From the NCBI GenBank assembly GCA_040509495.1, contig JBEVKW010000172.1, forward strand, positions 4,887 through 68,886: DNA of 64,000 nt. Reading direction: 5' to 3'. The first letter of the stretch is position 1. Each line of letters begins with the position of its first letter. The notes under the pieces were generated by a model. That model did no database searches. It was not told the origin of the DNA and saw only the letters and a program-made list of their open reading frames with translations. This DNA is from Chitinophagaceae bacterium. Its GTDB lineage: Bacteria; Bacteroidota; Bacteroidia; Chitinophagales; Chitinophagaceae. Below are positions 8,586-18,442 of this stretch, in pieces. The position numbers were made by a program, and so were the translations under genes.

Positions 8586-10367
8586 ATGAAAAAAATAAGT
8601 TTAGCGGTCGTTTTGCTCCATTGGTTTGCAACCGTCACCGCACAGCAGCAGTATTCGAAAGCCGTAAGTGAACAGATCGCCCGGGTGGAAACCAACCTGT
8701 CGGGAGGCATGGTTGTAGACGGCAAGCCATATACGCTGACGGAACGGATGAAGCACTATAACGTGGCGGGATTAAGTGTCGCTGTTATCGACAATTACCA
8801 GATCGTGTGGGCCAAAGGGTACGGTTATGCGGACAAAAAAGAGAACAGGAAAGTAACTACCCATACCCTGTTTGAACCCGGATCGATCAGCAAGTCACTG
8901 AATGCAGTAGGCATCCTGCAACTGGCGCAGCAGGGAAAGCTGGATCTTTACCAGGATATCAACCAGTACCTGTCCAACTGGAAATTCCCTTACGACACCG
9001 TGTCTCATGGCAGGAAAATCACCACCGCGCAGTTGCTCAGCCACACGGCAGGCCTGTCAGTGCATGGCTTCCCGGGTTACCACCGGGATAGTGCCATTGC
9101 TGGGGTCACCGATATTTTGGATGGTCGCGCTCCTTCCAACACAGAAGCCGTTCGATCGTTCACGGAACCCGGCCAGCAATCCCGCTATTCCGGCGGAGGC
9201 ATTCTCATAACGCAACAAATGCTTACCGACCTTACAAAGCAGTCTTATGAGCAATACATGTACGAGCACGTGTTCCGGCCGCTCGGAATGACCAACAGTT
9301 CTTACTATCAGCCCCCACCGGTCAGTCAGCGAAAAAATCTGGCAACAGGATATAAACCCAACGGCAATGAAGTGCCGGGAAAGTATTTTATATATCCCGA
9401 AAAAGCGGCCGCCGGATTATGGACCACACCAACAGATCTATGTAAATACATTATAGAAATACAGCTGGCATACCAGGGAAAATCATCAAAACTGTTGAAC
9501 CAGGAGATGGTAAAACTCCATTTAACGCCTTACAAAAATGATATTGCATTAGGCACATACATCCAAAACAGGAACGGCGAGAAATATTTTGATCACACAG
9601 CGAGTAACGAAGGGTTTACCGGCGTATTCATTGCCGGATTAACAAATGGAAAAGGCGCTGTGGTATTTGCAAATTCTGACGATGGAAATCTTATGTTCGA
9701 GGTAATCAACAGCGTAGCACTGGTATATAACTGGGAAGGATTTGCAAAGCCTGAGCAGGTCACCACTGTGCCGGTAAACGACACGTTCACCTCAAAATAC
9801 GCTGGCGACTATATAACAGATGGAATATTTTCAGCAGTGAAAAAAGAAAAAGACGGGCTTTACTACTGGATAGATGGTATCAATAGTAAGATGCACTTTA
9901 CGTCATCCATCGATTTCCGCAACATTGAATTCTCCAGTGCAAAGACCTTTACGTTCGATAATGCCGGCACAGTAACCGGTTTTTTGAGGACGTCTAATGG
10001 CCGGATACTTGCGCCTGCACAAAAGATCACCAGCCTCGACACGTTGCAACCAAAACCCGGGCAATGGGGCATTTACGGGCGTCATTTACTGGAAACTAAA
10101 AATTACGATAGGGCAATTGGCTTTTTGTCGAAAGGTTTGGGCAGCAAACCCTCAGATTCGTTGCTGATCAAAGACCTGGCTCATTCGTATCTCTTTAAAG
10201 GTGATCTCGCCAAAGCAATTGAACTGTATCGGCAATATTTAAACTCAGGACACACCAGGAACGGGAGCGAATTAAGCAACACGTTGAAAAATGAGTTCGA
10301 ATATTTCCGTAAGGCCGGGTTTGATCATTCAGTGATAAAAAAAGCAAGCGGAATGCTTTCACTTTGA
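8586..10367 (+). CDS. Serine hydrolase of the beta-lactamase/transpeptidase fold with a C-terminal TPR-like tail, secreted
   Basis: SxxK motif GSISKS. The signal-like N-terminus MKKISLAVVLLHWFATVTAQ begins at the ATG at 8586, inside the longer TTG-initiated track ORF 8520..10367. The C-terminus has TPR-like helices (YDRAIGFLSKGL...GDLAKAIELYRQYL). Confidence 0.8.
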   Translation: MKKISLAVVLLHWFATVTAQQQYSKAVSEQIARVETNLSGGMVVDGKPYTLTERMKHYNVAGLSVAVIDNYQIVWAKGYGYADKKENRKVTTHTLFEPGSISKSLNAVGILQLAQQGKLDLYQDINQYLSNWKFPYDTVSHGRKITTAQLLSHTAGLSVHGFPGYHRDSAIAGVTDILDGRAPSNTEAVRSFTEPGQQSRYSGGGILITQQMLTDLTKQSYEQYMYEHVFRPLGMTNSSYYQPPPVSQRKNLATGYKPNGNEVPGKYFIYPEKAAAGLWTTPTDLCKYIIEIQLAYQGKSSKLLNQEMVKLHLTPYKNDIALGTYIQNRNGEKYFDHTASNEGFTGVFIAGLTNGKGAVVFANSDDGNLMFEVINSVALVYNWEGFAKPEQVTTVPVNDTFTSKYAGDYITDGIFSAVKKEKDGLYYWIDGINSKMHFTSSIDFRNIEFSSAKTFTFDNAGTVTGFLRTSNGRILAPAQKITSLDTLQPKPGQWGIYGRHLLETKNYDRAIGFLSKGLGSKPSDSLLIKDLAHSYLFKGDLAKAIELYRQYLNSGHTRNGSELSNTLKNEFEYFRKAGFDHSVIKKASGMLSL

Positions 10368-10483
10368 TCTTGCGTTGAACAGCGGTCCAAAAGAAGATCG
10401 ACGACAAGGTAATCCGGTGTCAGATCGCGCCACTTAATGCCGGCTAAAGGTATCGTTGATCGTAACAGCACTACCTCAATTAA

Positions 10484-10550
10484 AACACGCTTACCATCTT
10501 TCCCGCGGTATTATTGCGCCCGATAAAGTGGGAAGGGCGGTAAGCGTGTT
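10484..10550. terminator. Long hairpin between the convergent hydrolase and YceI genes (candidate bidirectional terminator)
   Basis: A perfect 12-bp outer stem aacacgcttacc / ggtaagcgtgtt with a large, partly paired loop, followed by accattttca (plus strand) and tttaattgag (minus strand). Confidence 0.45.
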
Positions 10551-10593
10551 ACCATTTTCAGCTACTAAACGAAGGTATCTTCGAACGTTGTGA

Positions 10594-11148
10594 TTAAACC
10601 GCAGCAGCAACAGCTTCTTTTACCAGCTGTATTTCTGCAAGTATCTTCACTTCTTCACCGAGGATCATGCCACCCGTTTCCAGCGGGCCGTTGAAACTGA
10701 CGCCCCAGTCGCTGCGTTTTATTTTTCCGCTTACGGAAAAACCAGCACGTTCACTACCCCATGGATCTTTGGTAATGCCGTTGTACTCAACATCCAGTTT
10801 AACAGGGTTTGAAATTCCTTTTAACGTCAGCTCACCATGGAGAACAAAGGTGTCATCATCTTCCTTTACAATTTTCGAAGATGTAAATTTCAGTTCCGGG
10901 TGTTTATCTACCTCAAAAAAGTCTGAATTGCGCAGATGTGCATCGCGTTGCTGATTATTCGTATTGATCGATGACATATCGACTGTCACCGCAATTGCAC
11001 CAGTGCTAAAGTCATCATCTGTTGTCGTTGCTTCCACCTGGAAGCTGTTAAAAGAACCTGACAGATTTGTGATCATCAGGTGTTTGATCCTAAAGCCAAG
11101 TTCGCTGTGTACCGGGTCAAGTATCCATTTAGTTGTTGCCATGAGCAT
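10594..11148 (-). CDS. YceI family (polyisoprenoid-binding-like) protein
   Basis: WILDPVHSELGFRIKHLMITNLSGSFNSF... and DAHLRNSDFFEVDKHPELKFTS are typical YceI-like signatures. The start could be 11148 or 11142. Confidence 0.8.
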   Translation of the reverse strand: MLMATTKWILDPVHSELGFRIKHLMITNLSGSFNSFQVEATTTDDDFSTGAIAVTVDMSSINTNNQQRDAHLRNSDFFEVDKHPELKFTSSKIVKEDDDTFVLHGELTLKGISNPVKLDVEYNGITKDPWGSERAGFSVSGKIKRSDWGVSFNGPLETGGMILGEEVKILAEIQLVKEAVAAAV

Positions 11149-11250
11149 CGTTTGTTTGATGAAAGAGCAAAATTATTTACCTTCGCTTACAAAATGTTAC
11201 CACTTTACAAAAGGTTAGCAGTTACCTTTTGGTTAGCGAATGATTTTTAT

Positions 11251-11643
11251 ATGAAGACAAAGCAAAAATTACAGAAGCATTCAGGCGAGCAATGCAAAGC
11301 TCGTCTTGGCGCCGTTGCAGATGCGTTATATGCGATCGGCGGGAAGTGGAAATTGCGGATCATTGTCGCATTAACAGACGGCAACAAGCGCTTCAATGAG
11401 CTGCAAAGAATTGTTGACGGCATCTCCGCCAAAGTGTTATCTGCCGAACTAAAAGAGCTGGAATTGAATGGTTTTGTGATCCGCAAGATCTTTACAGGCA
11501 CACCTGTGGTGGTAGAATATTCGTTATCTGAATATTCCGGCACATTAGACAATGTGTTACATGCATTAAGTGAATGGGGTGAAATGCATCGCGAAAATGT
11601 TAAAAGAAGTATGAAGACTAAGAAGCCGTTGACGGCAGCCTGA
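11251..11643 (+). CDS. HxlR family winged-helix transcriptional regulator
   Basis: C..RLGAVADALYAIGGKWKLRIIVALTDGNKRFNELQRIVDGISAKVLSAELKELELNGFV matches the HxlR-type HTH. The internal ATG at 11251 avoids overlap with the divergent YceI gene, whereas the track ORF starts at 11080. Confidence 0.8.
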   Translation: MKTKQKLQKHSGEQCKARLGAVADALYAIGGKWKLRIIVALTDGNKRFNELQRIVDGISAKVLSAELKELELNGFVIRKIFTGTPVVVEYSLSEYSGTLDNVLHALSEWGEMHRENVKRSMKTKKPLTAA

Positions 11644-12224
11644 ATTTGATCAGTTACTTTTTAGAATGTGCTGAGTGACCGGAAACAATCTGTATAGAAG
11701 CATTTCAATAGCAACTTAAATAGCCTGATCTTACAGTGATCAGTTTCATTGACCGCCGTTCAATGCCCCAACTGCTATCCGCTGACGCGATAAAACATTC
11801 GGGTTAGCATGGTGAAGAATGACGCCCTGAATGTGTTGGATCAGGTTATGTCAGATACGAATGGGCTTGCAGTGTTCCAACGGAAAGACAGTTCGTGAGA
11901 AAAGATAAGGACACCAAATAAGAATCCCGCCTTAAAAGACGGGATGTAAACGAGCTACTACCATAGCTGCATTTCTTTGGAGCTACCACTCCATTTTGTT
12001 AACTATAATCATTGTGATTAGGGGCAGTAAGATAAGCCGGTGCAATCAGCCGCCAATAATATTCACACGGTATTTTCTACCGTTTTTTCACCTATTCACT
12101 TCCGATAGATACACGAGTAAGCTAATTATATGCATGTCGCTCAATAGGCCTAAGAAGTTGTATTTCGCGGCGCTCGCCACTAGCCGCTGTGAAAGCCGCG
12201 TTCTTCCTTCCGAAGAAAAACCCG

Positions 12225-13166
12225 CTATTTGAGCATTCCGTCCGGAAGTTGACCCGTCCAGCAGATCGGCAGATCCCTGTCCCGGATGCCTAATAATTTA
12301 GCGATGACGATGGCAGTATTTTTATTACTGTTGAAGAAATCTACGAGTCCTGCATTCCGTATCCTTGGTCCTGTTACAGCCCAGGGCACCTGCATTTCGT
12401 CCATGCTCGTTCCTCCATGACCGGTTGTAGCATGACCGCCATGGTCCGTGATCAGCAGGAAATGGGTGTCGTCAAATAGTTTTTCGCTCTTCAACCTGTC
12501 CATCAACACTCCGATAGCAGTATCCGCTTTTTCAATCGCAGAGATATACTGCGGAGACATCCACTTATACGTATGCCCCGCATGGTCTGTATGAACACTA
12601 TAAAGGAAAATCAGCTCAGGAAATTGCCTGTTGGCTTTTATAAAGTCGAAGGCATCATTGTACAGACTGTCAAAACCATCATTCTGCTGAAAAAGCAACC
12701 TGTCAAAGTAATTCTTATTGAAAGCATTGATCAGCTCCGGCCAGTTATAGTAAAAGGCTGTTTTTACATTCAGTACCTTATCTTTCGCAAGCTTGAATAT
12801 GGAGGGATAATAACCGCTGTCATCTGTTTGAAGTGGCTGTAGTGAATGCTGGGACACGGTCCAGGTATTATTCGTTACACCGTGTTCTTCCGGACCGGAA
12901 GCTGTAAAATGACTTGTCCAGTTCGGCAGCGTGACAGAAGGCATTACAGGACGCGTAGTAAGTGACAGCACTCCTTTTTCCAGCAGCTTGTCGATATTAG
13001 GATGTTTGGCAGTTTTATACCCGTCAACACTAAGGCCATCAAGGCCGATCACGATAATACGCGCGGGTTGTGCGGAAGATATTACAGGCAGTAACAGGCT
13101 TATCAAACAAAATACGCAGAATGATCGCATCCGGCCTGCAGTAGCATATAGGGTTGTCTTTTTCAT
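12225..13166 (-). CDS. Alkaline-phosphatase-superfamily phosphodiesterase/nucleotide pyrophosphatase-like enzyme, secreted
   Basis: IIVIGLDGLSVDGY...PSVTLPNWTSHFTASGPEEHGV... and HTDHAGHTYKW, ITDHGGH are metal-ligand motifs of the type I phosphodiesterase family. A signal peptide follows MKKTT. The start is ambiguous (13184 or 13166). Confidence 0.75.
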   Translation of the reverse strand: MKKTTLYATAGRMRSFCVFCLISLLLPVISSAQPARIIVIGLDGLSVDGYKTAKHPNIDKLLEKGVLSLTTRPVMPSVTLPNWTSHFTASGPEEHGVTNNTWTVSQHSLQPLQTDDSGYYPSIFKLAKDKVLNVKTAFYYNWPELINAFNKNYFDRLLFQQNDGFDSLYNDAFDFIKANRQFPELIFLYSVHTDHAGHTYKWMSPQYISAIEKADTAIGVLMDRLKSEKLFDDTHFLLITDHGGHATTGHGGTSMDEMQVPWAVTGPRIRNAGLVDFFNSNKNTAIVIAKLLGIRDRDLPICWTGQLPDGMLK

Positions 13167-13492
13167 TGGAATTAAGCAATGCAAGGGGAGAAATATGTTT
13201 TACGATGAAGTATCAGCCAGGCGTTGGTACGATCCTTCTTTTCTTCGACAGATCAAATATATGATTTTATTAAAAAAAGAATTTTCCTTTATAATGACCT
13301 TATTAATCCGAACCACGACGTAAAAGAAAAAGGCTTTAAACAGCTAATACAAGCCATCTTAAAGCCTATTCCTGCCTCCGCTTTAATGTATTACTTAAAA
13401 GAAAGCCTGTGTTTAAGTGTTGTCGAACAACAGAAGCGAATATTTATTTACGAATGCTGCAGAGGTTCGACCCAGTATAATAATGCAATACC

Positions 13493-15001
13493 CTATCTCC
13501 CGCTTCTATACCTGAATTCCGGGTTCATCACCGGTCTTTCTGCAAGGTTCGACACTTTCCATCCAACACGATACATCAACTCAGTTATCTTTTTCAGTTT
13601 TTTATAATCAATAAACTGCGCCTCGTCCTTAGGCGTGTGATAAGTAGGGTGAAGTACCGATGTAAAGAAGATGGATGGCACGCCGACTCTTACCATGGAT
13701 GCATGATCACTCCGATAGAAAAATCCTTCCGGGTGTGAAGGACTATCCCAGGCTGTATCGATCAGGAATTTCGGACCTTCTGCATTCGCCTCCATTGCCA
13801 GTTTCGTCAGCAATTTGGACACTTCCTGCTTGCCATTTGTTCCAAGTATAGCCACACTGTCCGGAGAATTTCTGCCGATCATATCCGCATTCAATACAGC
13901 CACTATATCTTTTAAGGGAACAGTTGGATGATGGCTGTAGTGTGCCGACCCGAACAGGTAAGGTTCCTCGGCTCCAAAAAAAATGAACAGTTGTGAACGT
14001 TTGGCAGGTTGCTTCCGGAACGCTCTTGCAACACCGAGAACAGCTGCACAGGCAGATGCATTATCATCGGCTCCATTGTAAATGGAATCACCTTGCTGCG
14101 TTTCGCGTACACCCATATGATCTGTATGTCCGGAGATGATCACGTATTCTTTCTTCAGGATGGGATCTGTTCCTTCGATCTTTCCGATCACATTTACGGA
14201 TGGATACAGGAATGATTCCGTAAAAATATTTGCTTTGATGCGCGGAGAATTGCCTGTTCCTGCCAAAGGTATATCCTTCTGACGCACCCAGAATACCGGC
14301 ATTTCCGCACGGCCGGGAATGGAAAGCTGGTTATCATACAACTGGTAACGTCCGCGCTTCAGGGAAACATGAACGTGTTCTGTCCAGGCTCTTTCCGTAA
14401 AATCATCTGCCACAATAAAGATCACACCGGCTGCCTTTTTCCTGGTAAGTACAGGAAGATATTTGCGCAATGCAAGACTGGTTACAAAGCGTCTTTCAGG
14501 AAAACTTACGTTAAGGCTGACACTGTCATAACCAGGTATGAATGCAACAACTTTCCCTTCCAGGTTCGCTTTTTCTATATCGGCTGTAGTTGCTTTATCA
14601 AGCACTATCACTTCAGCATCGACAGAAGCCTGTGCAGTTGCTCCTATCAGAACATCAGACCAAAGAGGAAGACGTTTGTTATTTAACTCTACCGTACTCA
14701 GGGGAGAAACGCGATGGCGCTGAAGATTGAAAAACTGAAAGAATGTTCCGTCATCTCCAGCGGGCTGAATGCCGGCCATCCTTGCCTGTTCGGCCAGCCA
14801 CACCGCCGCTTTCAGTTCGTCTTCTGTACCAAATTCTCTTCCCCGAAAATGATCGGAAGCCAGTGCGTAGAGATCTTTTTTCAGATCGGTTTCTCTGATC
14901 TCCGCCAGGGATCTGGATGGCGGTTGTAGCTGGCTGAAGCAGTACTGATTAACACATGCCATCATCAGGCATGTGAGCAGGAAGGTGATCGACTTTGTCA
15001 T
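13493..15001 (-). CDS. M28 family metallopeptidase with a PA domain, secreted
   Basis: Signal peptide MTKSITFLLTCLMMACVNQYCFSQ. Motifs ISGHTDHMG, GADDNASACAAVLGVARAF and FFGAEEPYLFGSAHY are typical of M28 aminopeptidases. Confidence 0.8.
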   Translation of the reverse strand: MTKSITFLLTCLMMACVNQYCFSQLQPPSRSLAEIRETDLKKDLYALASDHFRGREFGTEDELKAAVWLAEQARMAGIQPAGDDGTFFQFFNLQRHRVSPLSTVELNNKRLPLWSDVLIGATAQASVDAEVIVLDKATTADIEKANLEGKVVAFIPGYDSVSLNVSFPERRFVTSLALRKYLPVLTRKKAAGVIFIVADDFTERAWTEHVHVSLKRGRYQLYDNQLSIPGRAEMPVFWVRQKDIPLAGTGNSPRIKANIFTESFLYPSVNVIGKIEGTDPILKKEYVIISGHTDHMGVRETQQGDSIYNGADDNASACAAVLGVARAFRKQPAKRSQLFIFFGAEEPYLFGSAHYSHHPTVPLKDIVAVLNADMIGRNSPDSVAILGTNGKQEVSKLLTKLAMEANAEGPKFLIDTAWDSPSHPEGFFYRSDHASMVRVGVPSIFFTSVLHPTYHTPKDEAQFIDYKKLKKITELMYRVGWKVSNLAERPVMNPEFRYRSGR

Positions 15002-15153
15002 AGCCCTCTAAGATAGGGATACAGCTTGAAATATCCTGTTGAAATACGGAAGAAGGAAATCCATCTTTTTCTATTCCTCCGATCCTGTTCTGCCCTACTA
15101 TCCCGGTACCCGGGTTTTTATTGAACTGAACTTAATGGCGACATATTGCTAAA

Positions 15154-15168
15154 CCCGGGAACCCCGGG
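15154..15168 (-). terminator. Short GC hairpin downstream of the patatin-like gene
   Basis: cccggg-aac-cccggg, followed on the minus strand by tttagcaa, 31-45 nt after the stop at 15199. Confidence 0.3.
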
Positions 15169-15198
15169 CGGGCCTTTAAGCGAAAGCGAGCTCATTAC

Positions 15199-17532
15199 TT
15201 AAAACATTCCCTTTGAGAACCGAAACCCTATATTCAAATAGTTATTCAGATCCTTTGCCTGGTCGCAATAATTAAAACTAAACTCAAACGGCCCGATAGG
15301 CGTGTCAAGTCCTAATGTCAACCCATAACCTGACAAGAATTTTTGTGAATTGTTCGGCAACTGTTCCAGTAAAAAAGAATGATACATGATGTTGGCATTA
15401 GCTGCCGCAAAAATTGCACCTGCGATCTGGTAACGCCAGTTCACGTTCAGCTTTACCAGACTGTTCGTACGTAAGGATGCATCCTGTATTCCGGCAAAGG
15501 TCACCTGGTTGCGGAAAACAGGTTGCATACCACCCGCTACAAAATCATGGAAGAGCAACTGCCTGCTGTTGAAATTCGCATCAGCCTCTGCCTGTATGGT
15601 AATGATATTTCTTTGCCTGAAAGGCATCACATGTTGAACCTGGGCCTTTGCCCTGAGAAAACTTCCTGCATTACCTCCTATTGAATCAAGGTAATCGACA
15701 GGCACTCCCATTGATTTAAACGTCAGTTTTTGAGATTGACTGACAATAGCGGACGGTTCCAGCAAGATGTATGTGCCCTTACGGGGTAAGAACAACTTGT
15801 CGAGTGTATTGTACTCATACCGCAGGTAAGGTTGTATATAATTATTCCTTCCGTAAAGATCGAATAACGATCGCGAAACAGGCTTTAGTGATACATGCTC
15901 AAGCCGCACCCCCAATCCATATAATTCCCTTCTTTTGTAAGCAACCTGCAATCGTGTGTCGAAATAAATATCAGATTGCTTGTAATTATTACCCGTTTCA
16001 TTAAAATCGGTGTATTGCGAAAACTTCTGCTGTTCACCATAGATCTCCGTGACGGATGAGAGCGGAAACCTGCTGGAGCCCATGATCACTGAATGCCCTA
16101 CTCTTATTCTCGGATTTTCAGAGATCCCTGCTGTAACATAACTTACACTTGGCTTCCCGACGAGATCCTCTTTAGTAAAATTGGCAATGAGCATTATCTT
16201 GGTCATCGTGCTGTAATGCAATCCCAGCTTCATTTTAAATGAAGGAAATTCCTCAGTGATGATATGCAGGTCTGCTATACCATTCTCCACGGGCAGCAGC
16301 TCATAGTACAGCTTGCTGAAATACCTGGTTCCATATGCGCGCCGCATAGCTGCTTCTAACTCTGTTGTACTATAGGTGGCGCCTTCTTCAAGATTCAGCA
16401 TCCGCGAAAAATAAGCCGGGCTGATCTGCCTTAAAGTATCTGTGATTATACGCCTGATCGTTATGCCGGCGGGAGTGGGCGGCAATGTTTTAGCCGGGGG
16501 CACTCCATAAATTGCATTTAAGGAGTCTGCCAGATTTTTGAATACAGGATAATAAGCCAGGCCAGTTCTGACTCCAATTGTCATAATAGAATCGAATGAG
16601 CTAAAAGCACCTGCAGAATAATCAGACAAAGGGTGGTCAACCACATAATCACAAAGCGCAACATCTTTCTTGCTTAACTCCTGCTCTCTAAAAAAAACGA
16701 CATTCATTAAAACCTGCATCATGGATGTGATCGCTCCTGTTTCAGGCTGCGTAAAAGGATTGACGGTACTGCCTATCACGATATCGGCGCCCATCCCCTT
16801 CACATCACTTGCCGGAAAGTTTCTTACGATCCCGCCATCAACCAGCTTTACGCCGTTGTAGTCAACCGCCGTGAATACGCTTGGTATGGCCATGCTGGCT
16901 CTTACAGCAGTTAGCAGGCTGCCTGTGTCCAGCACAACGGCCTGTCCGGTCACAATATCAGTTGCGATACATTTGAATGGTCTGGGCAAATTCCTGAATT
17001 CCCTGATATGGTATACGGGATGATATAGCTGATCAAATTTCAACCATAGTTCTTCGGCTTCAAACAAACCGCTGGGTGATTTGAGCCTGCCATTCTTGAA
17101 AGGCATTTCAAGAGCATAACGCCCGTACTCGTCTTTCTGTTCCATGATGAACGAGTTCAGCGGCGGGCGGTTCAGCAGCAGGTCATTCCATTGTATTTTG
17201 CTTGCGAGCTGGTAGATAGAATCGCCGGTGTATCCTGCTGCATATAAACTTCCGATTACGGCTCCCATTGATGTACCTGTCACATAGTCGATCTGTAAAC
17301 CTGCTGAATCAAGTGCTTTCAATAACCCGATATGGGCAAGACCTTTGGCCCCACCGCCGCTAAGGGTCAGCCCGATCTTGGGCCGCCCCGGCTGTTGCGC
17401 CGATGCAATTAAACCAGAAAAAATAAGGGTGCTGAATAAAAAACGAACAAATGATTTCCGTGATCTCATGAAGCGGCTATGCATTATTCTGTTAAGGTTG
17501 GTAGAACGATACCAATTTACAGATTTTTGCAT
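15199..17532 (-). CDS. Patatin-like phospholipase fused to a C-terminal Omp85/BamA-like beta-barrel domain
   Basis: GLTLSGGGAKGLAHIGLLKAL is the oxyanion GGGxxG. GTSMGAVIG is the GxSxG. The long C-terminal region is beta-strand-rich and ends in a terminal F. The likely true start is internal (for example 17469, MRSRKSFVRFLF...). Confidence 0.75.
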   Translation of the reverse strand: MQKSVNWYRSTNLNRIMHSRFMRSRKSFVRFLFSTLIFSGLIASAQQPGRPKIGLTLSGGGAKGLAHIGLLKALDSAGLQIDYVTGTSMGAVIGSLYAAGYTGDSIYQLASKIQWNDLLLNRPPLNSFIMEQKDEYGRYALEMPFKNGRLKSPSGLFEAEELWLKFDQLYHPVYHIREFRNLPRPFKCIATDIVTGQAVVLDTGSLLTAVRASMAIPSVFTAVDYNGVKLVDGGIVRNFPASDVKGMGADIVIGSTVNPFTQPETGAITSMMQVLMNVVFFREQELSKKDVALCDYVVDHPLSDYSAGAFSSFDSIMTIGVRTGLAYYPVFKNLADSLNAIYGVPPAKTLPPTPAGITIRRIITDTLRQISPAYFSRMLNLEEGATYSTTELEAAMRRAYGTRYFSKLYYELLPVENGIADLHIITEEFPSFKMKLGLHYSTMTKIMLIANFTKEDLVGKPSVSYVTAGISENPRIRVGHSVIMGSSRFPLSSVTEIYGEQQKFSQYTDFNETGNNYKQSDIYFDTRLQVAYKRRELYGLGVRLEHVSLKPVSRSLFDLYGRNNYIQPYLRYEYNTLDKLFLPRKGTYILLEPSAIVSQSQKLTFKSMGVPVDYLDSIGGNAGSFLRAKAQVQHVMPFRQRNIITIQAEADANFNSRQLLFHDFVAGGMQPVFRNQVTFAGIQDASLRTNSLVKLNVNWRYQIAGAIFAAANANIMYHSFLLEQLPNNSQKFLSGYGLTLGLDTPIGPFEFSFNYCDQAKDLNNYLNIGFRFSKGMF

Positions 17533-17832
17533 TCCATTCTAAGATCCGGGACAATTAACCACGAATAATACTGGCAGGGAAAGGTTTCCCATTGATACCT
17601 GAAACCTTTTAAACCACGACTTCCACCACTTTTGCTGATAAACTGGTAAGGTTACCCGGGTAGAATAGACGGACCTGCGCCTCAGCTAAGGACGCATTCT
17701 TTTGCCGTGCATCATGAATTTCAGACGGGCTGCATACTTGCGCCAAAGCTACAGCCAGACGCCAGTCCGCAGCCCGCCTGTTCCTTCTTTCGTAGTGATT
17801 TCTATACAGACTTTCAGTAGCTATTGTATGAA

Positions 17833-18273
17833 CTAAAACTTCTGAATAATAATTACTCCGATGATGATCAGGAACATACCACCCATCCTCCAGATATTGA
17901 TGCTGTGTTGCTCCGCTACCAGGATCTTGAAATGATCAAACACCACGGCGATCACCATCTGCCCCGCCACTACCAGTCCGAATGTGAGCGCAGGCCCTAT
18001 CCGTGGAAATGCCAGCATGGTGATTGTTACAAAGAAAGCGCCCAGCGCGCCGCCGAGCCATGCATAGCCAGGTGCTGTTTTTATTCCAACCCAGGTAACT
18101 TCCTGTTTTGTGATGAGTACATACAGCAACAGGGAGACAGCGCCTACAAAAAAAGATAGCATCGATGCATACAGGGGGCTGTCAATCGATTTTCCCAGCC
18201 GGATATTCACTCCCGCCTGTATAGGCAACAGCATACCCGAAACAAAGGCAAGAAAGATCCAAAGTGTTTTCAT
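17833..18273 (-). CDS. Small DMT-superfamily membrane protein (DUF606/YdcZ-like)
   Basis: 146 aa and very hydrophobic (MKTLWIFLAFVSGMLLPIQAGVNIRLG...), with five predicted helices. It resembles YdcZ-type half transporters. Confidence 0.65.
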   Translation of the reverse strand: MKTLWIFLAFVSGMLLPIQAGVNIRLGKSIDSPLYASMLSFFVGAVSLLLYVLITKQEVTWVGIKTAPGYAWLGGALGAFFVTITMLAFPRIGPALTFGLVVAGQMVIAVVFDHFKILVAEQHSINIWRMGGMFLIIIGVIIIQKF

Positions 18274-18442
18274 AAACAGTTTTAATAGATATCATTTTGT
18301 TGCCGATCATCTGAAGCAGCCCGATGGCGTTGGGTAATGACGCGCGATAGTTCGCCGCATCAATGCAGGCTATACCGAACTCCTGATAATGGATCGACGT
18401 AATCTGCTATCATTGACCTCCATCGCCATCGGCCGATCCCAT

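Noticed and set aside
11080-11250. An N-terminal 57-codon extension of the HxlR regulator ORF
   Set aside because: The extension overlaps the divergent YceI gene start and has no HxlR-family counterpart. The internal ATG at 11251 gives a typical protein of about 130 aa.
11923-11944. The hairpin atcccg-N10-cgggat in the 580-bp spacer downstream of the phosphodiesterase gene
   Set aside because: It has only a 6-bp stem, lies 280 nt from the nearest stop, and has a weak T-run. That is insufficient to call it a terminator or an RNA.
13464-13473. A GGTTCGACCC sequence resembling a tRNA T-loop
   Set aside because: The flanking sequence cannot form T-arm or acceptor stems. It also lies at the 3' end region of the M28 peptidase gene. 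It is not a tRNA.
15101-15120. tcccggtacccgggttttta, a plus-strand terminator-like hairpin plus T-run
   Set aside because: No plus-strand gene ends upstream of it. It lies in the promoter region of the minus-strand M28 gene. It may be a fortuitous CCCGGG-rich sequence or half of a bidirectional signal.
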